A DNA stretch of 63,791 nt, counting the filler, from Choristocarpus tenellus KU-1152 (Eukaryota; Protista; Phaeophyceae), in the NCBI GenBank assembly GCA_964200185.2. It is 11 parts of 11 records of this genome, joined end to end, with 100 filler letters (N's around TTAATTAATTAA, not from the genome) between each part and the next. Parts side by side here need not be neighbours in the genome. Positions count along the whole stretch, not along the records: positions 18,412 to 25,209 come from CAXNAD020007322.1; positions 25,310 to 34,627 come from CAXNAD020003787.1; positions 34,728 to 39,555 come from CAXNAD020012916.1; 8 more parts are not named here. One strand, 5' to 3'. Within the stretch, counting starts at the first letter, position 1. Every line of letters begins with the position of its first letter. The translations under genes and the position numbers were made by a program. Below are positions 23,101-35,100 of this stretch, piece after piece. Under the pieces are notes generated by a model. That model was not told where the DNA came from. It did not search any database and was given only the letters and a program-made list of their open reading frames with translations.

Positions 23101-24758
23101 AGGTGTTCTCAATTTTAAGCAACTACTTAAATTTTTTGCACTTCACCCTTATTTCTATGGATGAATTACTAAGATTGAGTTGGGAACATTGATTTCTGTA
23201 TTTAAAAAAATATATTTACAGAATTCAGAAAATTCCCCACATGCATTTGTACAAAAAGTCGAAATTTGAGCATATTTGTCAGCATCCTTAGAAGACAACC
23301 CTGGGTGCCTCTCATTTACTCTGACTCCCTGTACAATACTCTCTATTTCATTGCTTACTGTGCACAATAGTGTACGCAAAAATGGCATTCCTCCTTTACA
23401 CACAAAAGCATGACGCCACAATTCAGGAAAGGTTCTTTCTGCAATTGTACAAAACAAAATATTTTTGCCCTTTTTCAGGATCCTTAAAATTCAACCCTGC
23501 TTACCTCTCAGTTGGTTTGACTCATACAAATATTTGTACTTTTTTCCGTACAGATATGTGAAGCACAAACGAGTTAAGTCATGATTTGTCCTACATGTAG
23601 ATATAATTCATGGTCAACTCCCTTAGGCTAGCATCATGGTGTCTCTCTATTCCAGATATTCTTTTAGCGAGGGGGTTGGACTGCATAGTATTATTATAAC
23701 ATCAATCAGTACTTGTGGAATCTCGCGATAGTCCAACGTGAAGATCCCACCCAACAACTCAGTAAGTAATATGGTAGACATGATGCTTCATGGGTGCTTG
23801 CACACGATGCTCAGTTGACCCGTCTCTCGCTGGTACTCCTCATCACTCCAACTCACCTTGTAGGGCACTGCAAGGACAAGATTTACCTCACTGAAGCTTT
23901 GCTCACACAGGGCGCAGGGATGCTGATGTTTCGTCCCAAACTTCTCCTCAGTTTTAACTCTATCAAGCTCACTCCGCCTGCTCCGGTGGAGCTCCTTGTC
24001 TCGGAGTCGACTGTGGGCCACCCTCTCACTCAGGTTTTCTTTCATTGCTGACATGTTTCGGCGAAGCATCTGTTTTTGAAAGAATGGTGAAGATGAAGGT
24101 TGCGATACTATGCTTCTTGGCTGATCTGGTCAATCTGCCGAGAATCTGCTTCAGGAAGATCAAAAGCCAATAGATACACACACAAACACGTATGTATATA
24201 TATATAGATATGTGTGTGTGTGTATATGTGTCTGATGCCTGTTCCCTCCCAGAAGCCTCTTATCTCTACCCTTTGTGTCAGCAGTAGGCTCACCTTCATT
24301 CGGAGATCCATTGGGATCCAGCTTTCATGACTTAGGTGCTGCCTGTATGGCAAATAAGCACATAATGCATGGGGCACATGTGTGAGAGTGAAAACATGGG
24401 GAATGAGAAGTTCTCACCTTGACCTCAAGGGTCACAAAATCTTGGTGGACATTGTTGAGATATGTTACAACAAAACTAGATAGATGGAACAATGGGAAAT
24501 CCTAGTCCTTGAACTTTCTTACCTGAGTTTTGGAGCACCCAGAGTGTGTCAAGTACAGTAACAAGAATAAAGTACTCCGGATGCACTACACTACCCAAAT
24601 ACTTCTAACGCAGCACACAAGTACACATTTACCGGCGACTGTTCTCTTGCTTGAACTGGAACTTGCTGGCCAGGTTGCTTGAGTCTCTGATATTAATCTG
24701 ATTCATGATGTCCCAATGGTTTGTGCGATGTCCATGCATGAGAGCATTGTCCAACCCC
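20197..24758 (-). CDS. Uncharacterised protein with split CxxC...CxxC putative zinc finger; 3' part
   Basis: Phase-consistent exons 24758-24633, 24342-24294, 24069-23857, 21678-21565, 21417-21344, 21078-21012, 20322-20197 (stop). Spliced product: ...HPCALCEQSFSEVNLVLAVPYK/AVVDLRMTW...CYNEVK/VCAFCSQLFHDPLDYRPTWDMEVAS/IKKKQERLAQEKEREYWDPLAQ/VEKAQKREF...GI*. Confidence 0.8.
22518..22740. repeat. ~45-bp minisatellite, ~4.5 units, intronic
   Basis: Unit aaatttcaacagaacaagatttgtatgccattgctccttcctatc. Confidence 0.9.
23001..23523 (+). mobile_element. MITE family E with nested MITE D
   Basis: GAGCCAAACCAAGTAGGAGGTAGGCAG...CTGCTTACCTCTCAGTTGGTTTGACTC. Second copy at ~31013-31535. Confidence 0.8.
23069..23327 (-). 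mobile_element. MITE family D, full copy nested in E
   Basis: CAGCCAAAGTAAATGAGAGGTACCCAGG...CCTGGGTGCCTCTCATTTACTCTGACTC with flanks CCT / CCT. The empty site cttaccctgt is seen at ~31072. Confidence 0.85.
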
Positions 24759-25834
24759 CTCGAGGAAAATGTGTATGCATGTTTCAAAGTATGCGGAAGC
24801 CAATTGCAATAGATGGAGGAACAACACTTAGAGGTAGAGGTAGAAGGTGCAGCTGTAGCTGGAAAGTGATACCAAGGTTGCGCTAACATAGACCAAATGC
24901 AGAGTGCATGGGGTACCTCGCACTGCATCCGAAATATTTGTAATAAAATAATACTGGAGTGCAAATGAGTGCAAGGTATAGGTCACTGCTAAATCACCTG
25001 CTTATTGTGAGGTGCATGGCCCCGAGAATTTGTGGTGATGGCGTTTCCCCCTGTTGCAGGCTTCGACCTGTGAACTCCTCTCCCTTCTACCTTGTGCTTC
25101 ATCGGACAATCTCCAACAAGAACCTGTTGATGACTTGGCAATGCAGCACAATAAACTTTCCCTTGAGAATACAGGCATAGGCTCAAGTATCTGGGGGGGG
25201 TGGTGGTGGNNNNNNNNNNNNNNNNNNNNNNNNNNNNNNNNNNNNNNNNNNNNTTAATTAATTAANNNNNNNNNNNNNNNNNNNNNNNNNNNNNNNNNNN
25301 NNNNNNNNNGATGGGGAAGGATTTGAAATTCCAGGAATTTTTTTTTTTTGGGCCGGAGCGGGCGCCCCCTCCCATTCCACACCCCCCCCCCAAGATACTT
25401 TGACCCAAACAAGAACACGCTATACCCATTTCAATAACCTCCTCAACATGGCAGCCATGCCAGGCGCTGGAGCAGGGGTGGCAGCCACTCCAGCAGTTTC
25501 TAATTCATCGCCTCCATTGATGACGACCTGAACACAGTTACAGACACCTTCGCCAAGTTACCGCCAGAACCTACGTTGGGCATGTGGGAAATCAGGGTCG
25601 AGGAACGGCCACGCCAGCGAAATTGAAATATTTTTTATTGGTGCGGGGGTGCCAACTAATGGTTCTCTTCGAAAGTCAATGGTGGGGTATCGAGCTAACC
25701 AAAAATAGGTGGAGCATTTTTGCCACCTTCAGAGCATGAAAGAGAGTGCACCGATACTACTTGCAAACCTTACGGGAAGAAGAAGGCCTTCCTCCACCCC
25801 CAAGTCCATAATTAGTTTGGGCACGGTGACCTAC

Positions 25835-26100
25835 TCAGACGCAGACCTGGGATAAATCAATCACCTTTAGGTCCACGGGTATCGATTGGTGTCCCACCGC
25901 ATCTCTGTAACCTTCCCGACCAAACCAATGCCTCCCTATCCATTCTCCAACCAGCTTCGTGTAGAACCGGAATGGCAATCGAAATCTCCTCCCGAACTTC
26001 TTGGCCTCCCGTGTCCTCGGGTCCATCAAGTGGACCACCTATTCCAACGTCTTCATCCAGGCACTGACCCAGTAATCGGACCGCTGGTTGGATCTGCGGC
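25835..26100 (-). pseudogene. PIF/Harbinger-type transposase N-terminal fragment
   Basis: DPRTREAKKFGRRFRLPFRFYTKLV...WF...DAVGHQSIPVDLKV matches the FRRRFRM...DAxGRxxI/LxxxxK helix-turn-helix region of HARBI1/ALP1/Plant_tran transposases. No DDE core is seen downstream. Confidence 0.7.
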
Positions 26101-29100
26101 GTTTTGGCACGCATTTTCCGTCCTATTCCTCCTCATCGGAAGCTACTATGGGCGCAAGGACTCTGACCGCTTCCAACATTACGTTTTCAAATTCTTTGCC
26201 AGATCAATGGTAGTGATTTCCATCGCCTTCCTCGATGTCCCCGAGTTGTCGTGTGACCAGAACTGGATTGGGAGAATACTTGCCCCAAGATAGCTCCGGC
26301 ATCCACTCAAGACTTCTCTGGATGAGTGAGACCGTAAAACAAACTTGGTTTCAATCTTCTCAATCAAAGAAAACTGTGCAAAATTGCTCCACCAGAGATG
26401 GGCCGACTATTTGGTTATGGAAAATGGATTAAGCTGGGAAGGTTCCCAACATCGGATTTGTCAGTCATCGAAATATCACTATGTTCCACCACAGGCAGAT
26501 AGTGACATGAGAAATGGAGGGATGAAGTCAGTACGTCGTAGCAACTCGTGTTCTTCGATCAGACTATATCACCTGCCGTATGGGAGGCTTCTTCGTCTTG
26601 GTCTGCGATAGGGTTGTGGTTGATGGATTGGTGATATTGAAATTCCCGACAAAACCTACTAATCTTGACGAGAACGTTGGTGACCACACCCCACTCTCAG
26701 TATCCTCTTCAACGAAATCTTTCATTGAGGGTACACATCACCTCATTTATTGTTCTGATTTATATTTTCTTCTAAGATTAATAAACGAGAAAAGATTGCT
26801 TTAAAATAGTGAATGTCCGTACTGTATATATATATATATAAGATTTCGAATACTCGGCTTATCTTACTCGTAACTACTGATCACAACTGATTGCACTGGA
26901 TCCATCCCTGCCTTCGTCCATCTTCTCCCTCGAATCTTCTCCTCCTGGACCACCAACTAAACGTTTCCACCTTGATCTTGGTCTGGCGTTTTCGTGACAT
27001 GGGATATACAGAATATTTCAGGTTTACAATCACTACTGTGCTTGCCACATGAAATAGGATCGTCGAACCCAAACTTTGGTGTAATGAAGTCTGGCATTGG
27101 AGAGGCTCGCGAACCAGCTACATTAGTGTAAGTGGTCGTTGCCTGGACGGTTGAACTGTTACAATACTTCACAGAGACACGAGTTTGATGTGCTCCATGA
27201 TCCATTGTTCACTTGGAAGAGCGACAAGACTCATTTTGTGTTGTTCCATGTTGTTTCACGTTGTTTGTTATTGTTTTGACCACCACGTTATCACTTGTCT
27301 GTAGACATAACAAAAACCTTGGCAGCAGCAAAAGATATCGCTTCCGATATCGTTCTCTTTGGGTGTATCAGGATAGCACCCAATAATGCAAACACCTTAA
27401 CAAATAGTTAAGAGTGATACAAAAATACAAGCCCTTTCGCAAGGTTCCTTGAACATATGTGTATGAAATTTGGCGCAGGAGATTGATTGGACAGAGTTAG
27501 GCAATCAATACAAATAAGTTCTCGTACAGAGAAGAAGCAGGCTACTGGCATCCAACCAGTTAGTCCACACCATACACCCTACCAGAAACTTGCAGTCATC
27601 AGTGAGTAGGATGCAGGAACAGGAGTGATTGCTCGTCATGATAGTCACCATGCCACCGTCAAGCCGTCATTGACAAACCACTACATAGAACACGAATTAT
27701 TAGAGGGGGGGACATGTGGGAGAGGGCAGGGGGGCTTAAGAGGGGGGATTGCAATATATGGTAGGAAGGTTCTGTGTGGCAAGGAGAGTACCAGAGTTGG
27801 GACAATAGCAATTAGAAGCACGAGCTGTCAGGAAGTGATGCTTGGACACTGGTATGATAGCAAGGAATTGTACCACGGAGAGATATGTGGGTAAGTCAGT
27901 AAGAAATGTAGACCAGTTGTTGGACACGAGGCAAGCAATGGCTCCTTGCCCACCATCTCTAGACTATTCATTGGGGCTGCAAGAGAGAAGAGCTCAATGT
28001 TCAATACCTGAAAGAGAGTCTAGCCTTGTCTAACCCCGCTATGTTAGATAGGACTAGATGCTTGCAAAGTTTAGATATCGCAGCAACAGAGTGGATATAC
28101 AATTGTTAGTACCATTGGGATTATCTGAAGCTATGGGATCTGGACACGAACAAGGATTGGTAAGAAGGCATCTACTTGGAACGACAATAGACAGTATGCC
28201 AATGAATAGATATGCCTAAGCAAACACGAAGAGCACGATGAGGGGACATAGTTTCTATCCATGAGGAAATCTACGGCAAAGTAGTATCTACAATGTCCGT
28301 CCAAGGGTTTGGGTACGGGGAGGAAAATCAAGAGCAATCTACGGCGCACTTGAAAACACTCTCAGCAACTGTGTTATGAAAGGACAAGCTGGGATGCGTG
28401 TGCATGCTGTCACGAGCTCCTTGCAACATTGGCCGTTGGAGAAGTAATTCGCAGAGATTCGCATTGAAGTAGAAAAAAAGAGATTAAGAGAAAGTGAAAA
28501 GTCAATCAACCCGGCGGATGCCACAAAGAAGTGAAATCTCGAGCGCATGAGCAATTGCCAAAATACCCACATCTTGAATCCTTTTCCAAGTGTGTATAAC
28601 TACAATATATATGTGCCCGCAGTCGCTGTGTCACATAGTGGACTAGAGTAGAGCAACGAAGGTGAAAGTGGTAGTATTCAAGCAATGTAATATTTTTTCA
28701 AGTCCAGATAAAATGCTCTGTATGAATAACAAAAATATAGCTATTTTGTATAAGAGGTAAGAGGCGGGAGGCGGTGGGGTGGGGTGGGAGTAACGCTCTA
28801 GAATCTATGCTGTCACATACCGAAAAGATGTAGGGAAATTGACAGGAACAAACTGGAAAAGGGATGGTTTTATGGTTGAGTACAGCAGAGAAGAGGAATG
28901 AATGAAAAGTCTCACGAATTGTATGGCGATCAATGGGACCATAGCCTCCTGGCCATGGCCTCTTGTGTTATGTGGCATATTCCATGCTCTACCAGTGCTT
29001 TTGGAGTGTTCACAGGGGTCTGCAATGTCCAACTCAAGCTCCATGTACGTCATGGCAATGGGTACAGGGGTAGCGAGTACTTCAAAGTGGAAATTAAATT

Positions 29101-31012
29101 GCATACTTTCTTCACTCTGGGCTGCTTCTACAATAATTAAACTGTGTGATACACCTGCTAATAATAGTAATATTCGCAGACATAGCTCTGAGAAGTATTC
29201 TAGATTTTGCTTTTACTGCAATAAAATTTGCTATCTTTGCATCCCTCATATGAAGGTGCATCCGCGTGTACTTCCATGAGTCAACAGTAGGGAGGCTACC
29301 AACCATGTTACCGCAGTGATGAGGGTGAAATCTCCTTCCAACTGATCTGGGCTACTGCTGCGTATTCATAGCAACTGTGATCGGATTTACTGTTCTTTGT
29401 TCAAGGCATGATAATTGCTCTCTGTCGTCTTCAGCAAAGGCTGGGTATGTAGCGCTGTGGTCCGGTTGACCTACCTGTTGGATTGTACATGGCCTGTAGT
29501 CTGGACACCCTTCGGTCTCGTCGGTAATAAAGTATGTCCTTCTGTCTCGCCTAAACACCAGGGGAAGAGTTATCACAATGTGAACATGTGTAGAATGAGT
29601 GCCCAAGTCTATGACGTTGATGGTTCCGAACATAGATGATATGAACGTCAAGGTAATATATTCAAGAAATCATTGCAGTGGGCTCTTGACAGAGAGAACG
29701 CATGCCACTGTGTTGTGAGGGGCAAGGCATTCTTGTGGTTTTACTACCAAACCATAGAGACATTGTATCATAGTAGCAAGCTGAAATCGTGTTTAAACAT
29801 TAAGCTAAAATTGTCTCACATAGTAAGCTGGATTGAGCTTATCTAGTTCCCGACTGACTAATACTCCTCCTCCACTATCTCATAAGTGCACACAACTCAC
29901 ATCCTCTTCCTGTCTTGTGTGAAGTCACATTAACCATATCTGTTCTTAAATGTCCAAAGGAAGTTTTTGCAGTACTCGCAATTATTCGGAACACTTCTCT
30001 CATGATATTGACACTGAAAGAACTTCTAGTCATACTAACAGGGGGGTTTTGTTGCCAGACATGACCAGATTCGGATTACTACAATTGTTGACAGAGAGCA
30101 GGGAAGTGGGTAGGAGGGCAAGGGATGCAAGGAATGAAAATGAGAACGAGAAAAATCCTCGGCAGCGTGGGTTGGAAAAATGATTGAATCTTCAGGTGCA
30201 TATAACCTTCAGCATAACAAAAACGCCCTGCTCATCTCCACTCCCCAGGCAAACTCGTTGGTGCATCTCTTTGAAATAGTCTGGGAAATGTACATCTTAA
30301 TCACTTCACAGCAGAGATATGCCCCAGAAAGTAGGCCTTCTCATCTCCGGCACTAGCTTCAAGAGATGCAACCCAAGCTTACTAACATGTTTCAACTCAA
30401 AGAATTTTGGCACATGCAAGGCCTGCTATCAAAATTACTTGGCCAACCAATGTAAGGTTTTGAAAGCATAAGTCAAATTGACGGACTTTACTCCTCCAGC
30501 CCATTGGTTTGGGTGTACGACTAATACAGACTATAGTCAGCGGTCTTCAGTGTCACACACACTAGCATAGATAACAAAAGTAGTGCAGTGGATGATAGCT
30601 TTGTTATACACAAGCAGAATCCAATCACTACTTGCCCAGTCTATCCAATGCTGTTATAGCCTACAACTGAGGTGTAACCGTAATAGTGGGGCCTGTATCA
30701 GGGACTCCTTACTCATGAGTTCGTCACAGCAGATGCTGTTGTATGTACTTGTGATGCTCGAGTATTGTAGATGAAAGAATGATGATGATCCGGGAGCCAC
30801 GGCACAACATACCAATATTGCGGAACACAACAGAGGTGGTAACCTCACCTGCCTGACTCAAAGCAACTATCAAGCCTTTTTTCAGTTTGGACACCTTCAA
30901 AGTAAGTTAATTCTCGCCTGAGAACAAAAACTCGGACACTATTGTCATGACTGGGAGAATATGAATACATGTTCACTTCACAGTACTCCATCGTGCAAAA
31001 TTATATTCTATT

Positions 31013-31535
31013 CAACTAAAGTAGTTAAAAGGTAGGCAATTTTATACCCTTTTTCCTACTAAGCCATCTTTCTTACCCTGTTTAATACACTTTATTTGAG
31101 TCAAAGTATCTTAGAGGGTAGAGCTTCGTCCGTTAGGGGGCCAAACTCCAATGTTCCGATTTTGATGTAATATTGGCTATCGTCTTTGTTAGGAAGTGTC
31201 AATATCCTTGTTCCGGTCACACCTCTTAATAACGTATACATTTGACCTACTCTGAAACATTCCTGAGTAGGAAAATATCACAAAAAACCCCGTGGGAAGC
31301 CAAGCTCCAAATGGACAAACAGGGCAAAAATCGTACCCTCTAAGATACGTTCACTCATTTCATTGCTTAATGTGCACATAAGTGTATGCAAAATTTATAT
31401 TTCTCCTTTCCACACTCAAACTGACACCAAAATTGATCAAAGGCGCCTTCTGCAAATATACAAAACTGCGTATTTTTGCACTTTCTCAGGACCCTTTAAA
31501 ATACAACAGCGCCTGTCTCTCGGTTGATTTGACTC
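31013..31535 (+). mobile_element. MITE family E, copy 2, with nested MITE B
   Basis: Colinear with 23001-23523 once both insertions are removed. Right end ...CTCGGTTGATTTGACTC. Confidence 0.75.
31098..31356 (+). mobile_element. MITE B full copy nested in E
   Basis: GAGTCAAAGTATCTTAGAGGGTA...TACCCTCTAAGATACGTTCACTC with perfect ATTT / ATTT duplication. Confidence 0.95.
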
Positions 31536-31578
31536 AATTCGTACAAAGCACAACAAGGTCAAGAGTCTATTTATTATA

Positions 31579-31623
31579 CCTAACCCTAACCCTAACCCTA
31601 ACCCTAACCCTAACCCTAACCCT
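31579..31623 (+). repeat. Interstitial telomere-type repeat (CCCTAA)~7
   Basis: Perfect cctaac tandem run inside a contig. Confidence 0.95.
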
Positions 31624-32313
31624 GACCATTATTAACTTCTCACGTACATACTTGGTCTACTACTCCAGCACAACAACATCCATAGTAAAAACATCCTGGC
31701 ATGCAAACAAACAAGAGTGACGCAAATTACTGGTTGAAGTTGAAGTACAGCAGTGTACGGCACACGAGAAAGGATCGACTAATTTGTGGGATAATCGTGT
31801 TGATTAAATGTCTTGATTCTAGAACACTTTTGCACATATTTTGCCCACAGAGAGACAGACTGGGTTCTGAGGCACTCACATATCGCAAACAACATCTCCA
31901 CCTGGAATTCAGAGCTGCCTCTCTCTCCTAGGAAAGAAAGGGCCACAGGCAAGGGTAAGGGGGGGTAGGGATGGGATTCCAGTATCTGGATGGATAACAT
32001 TAGGAACAAACATTGAGGAGAGCGATGTATGGACAAAATATCACACGAGCAGCACTTTCTGAATATAGATTACATATTTTTTTAATCCCCGGTTTTGCAT
32101 GCCTGCCTCCAGATACTTCCTCACTTCATCTCACTGCCTCCGTCCTACTGTACATTCTGTGATTTTATCTGACCCACTGATAGAGAAACGCAATTAAAAT
32201 GACACCCATTGATATTCTTACATTTGTTGCCGTGATAAAATGAACACATTTACTGTGCTTAGAGTGGGCACATGAACCTACTGGAGTTCTAAAAACCTGG
32301 ACTTCTCTACACA

Positions 32314-32575
32314 GACCCAAAACATTTAAAAGGGTAGGAGTTTTGCCTTGTTTGTCTGTTTGAGGCTTGTCTTCCCCCACAGTTTTTTTATGCCCTTTTA
32401 TCAGTTTTCTGTGTGAACACAGTTACCTAAAATGTATGCGACTATGAAAGATGTGTCTGGAGCATGGATATTGATTCTTGCTTAACTAACATGATAGCCA
32501 AAATGAATCAATATCACAACATTGGATATATGACCCTGAACGGGTGCGACCCTACCCTCTTAAATGCTTTGGGTC
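32314..32575 (-). mobile_element. Diverged MITE B subfamily with GACCC termini
   Basis: GACCCAAAACATTTAAAAGGGTAGG...CCTACCCTCTTAAATGCTTTGGGTC with a B-type interior. Flanks CACA / TACA. Confidence 0.8.
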
Positions 32576-35100
32576 TACACTGTAGCTCTCAATGAAGGCA
32601 TTGGATGGACAAAACGGTTGGTTACAGATTTGGAATCTTGGCAATAGTCATAGCTAAAGCAGTAGGCTCCTCACTATCACTGTCCCCGTCCGCCAACCAG
32701 TCCAAAATTTGATTGAAAAGCAAGTCTGGCAGTTGCAACTTTGACATTTGTGTGCAGTTTCTGGACTTTGTTGTTCTGCACCTGCTGCTCCACATCGACC
32801 CACCACAAATATGTTATCCCCAAGGGACTTGAACCCTAGCATTGCACACCTTTAACACAATCAATTGAAGCGCTCTACTAGAGAGTGTCTGCATCGTATG
32901 CCTTGTACCTTTACAACATCCCTTCACAAGCTTCCTCGACCGAGTTAGTCAAAACCCTGCACTTGAGTGACAAGAAACAATCCAAGTTGCAAGGTGTTGA
33001 GATCTAATTGACTACTGCACACATAGTGTAGAGAACATGACAAACCTATCCCCCTCCCTCTCCTTCGCCAGAGAAAAAACAAGTACATGGGTTCCTTTTT
33101 CCTGTATTAGGGATTGATCTACTCTACTGAGTAACAACACGCCTTCTGTGAACCCATAGCATCTTGCACTTGATGTCAGAAATTATAGCCACCCTTGCAC
33201 TTCTTGAAGCCCCTTCGATCTGTGTCTAGCACAAAAATATAGCAGATGGTCATTTATTTTTCCATTAAAAGTGAGGGTCAGTTTGGGGTGTTCAATGCTC
33301 CAATAATGATCACCTTGGGGATGTACACTCATGCTGAACACGTGGGGGTCCTAGGCACCTCTTCCCCACTAATGACCCAGAATGATTCCCCCCCAACTGT
33401 GACGTAGAACCAGGAATCCTTCTCATGAAAGGCACACAATACTCTATTGAACATGCCCTATCACCAGTCTGTCCGGTCGCAGACCAATTCAGATCCGTGC
33501 ACATTGCTGTCATGATGACTCAGGTCAGGGCACAGCCAGAGCCAAACTTTCCAAACTCCTTCATCTCCCTCACCCAACTCACAAAAGTGTTGGCTACATC
33601 ATCGATACTAGTATCCTCCAGTTTGGTACGTGTAAATATATTGGGCTCAATCGACTTGATCACAGTCCCTGCAGTCAAGATTCAAACCTATGATGAACCA
33701 TCCATACAAATGGGCTAACGGGATGAATCTATAAAAAAAATTTCTTATTCCCCTTAAGCAATAAACACAAAATAGTAGACGTGTGTTACCTAATGTAACC
33801 CTCTCTTCATGCAGCAGGTGATCAAATGATCAATTTTTCGCTTCACCTTTATGTCAAGTACATGCCTTGTAATATCTGCTAGACAAAATAAGGTACATCT
33901 TTTGCCCCTAACATTACCCGCACCTAGGCAAAAAGCGCAAAGTGCTCCCTGGATCGAGAAACACAAAGACTTGAAAGAGGTGTTCAAGGAATGAACAAAA
34001 CACAAGGCAGGAGAGTATACAACGTACGGCATCCTCACCAAAGTCTCCAAACATCTATTACCTCCGCGAAGACCAATGCATTCTCCATATGAAGCATGTC
34101 ATCGGTGGCCTTGTTATGTGCGAATTCCAAGGCGAAGTGAAGCCATGCAGGGCCAGGCCTGCTTGTACAAGCCCCTTGTCTCGTCTCCACCAACCCACTT
34201 CGCCATCGTCTCTTTCGCTGACCGTTAGTGCTAACTTGCCTAACTTGGTCATCGTCGAGGAGAGACTGGGAAGTCCACAATCGACTGTCAGGAGATGAGT
34301 AAAACCAATCAAATGGTACAGAAGGGGAAAGACGATGTGGTTCTTGCAAGCTGGCATGTGAAGGTACGTGGCATATCTCATTAACAGATTCAGATCCCAT
34401 ATTATGTTTACCAGTTTGGAAAGAGGGTATGTCCGGTCGGTGGAGGTTGCGAAGGGTGTTGGTACGGAGTGAAACTGAATGATCAGGGGGGGGTGGTGTC
34501 CAACAATTAGCAAGGCATATACGGCAGCTATTTGGAACTGGAAAAGGGTCAAACTATCTGGGGGGGGGGGGGGGGGGGGGGGGGGTGGGGGGGGCGGGGG
34601 GGGGGGGGGGGGGGGGGGGGGAGGGGGNNNNNNNNNNNNNNNNNNNNNNNNNNNNNNNNNNNNNNNNNNNNTTAATTAATTAANNNNNNNNNNNNNNNNN
34701 NNNNNNNNNNNNNNNNNNNNNNNNNNNCTGTTCTTTGTCCTTGATTAAAGCACCATAAAAGCCGCGGGTCCAGTGTGGGATAGTTCAACATGAGGTTCTA
34801 TCGAGATAGATTCAACTACAAGACCCACAGCACAAACACAGTGATGAGAAAAGGATAGGTGGCCTCAATCCATTGGTTGCAAACTGTGATACCTTATGCT
34901 CTACATGCTCTCAAGTACATTTTGTTTCTAATCTCATTGAGTCAGATCTATGAGATTCTATCTAGATACATTCAACTACAAGGCCCCCAGCACAACCTCG
35001 CATTCAGTACTAGTCTATGTATGACCTGAACAGCAGTAGAAGCACTACAAGTAGGGATAGATGGCACCCAGGGACCTTTTTTTTTCACTTCTCCCCTCAC

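Noticed and set aside
24998-25123. Upstream exon of the zinc-finger gene
   Set aside because: Its open frame ends in phase 0 while the next exon needs phase 2. Left unresolved.
27420-30540. Coding-like decayed stretches (possible LINE 3' end and copia integrase traces)
   Set aside because: Too degraded to recover a diagnostic motif by eye.
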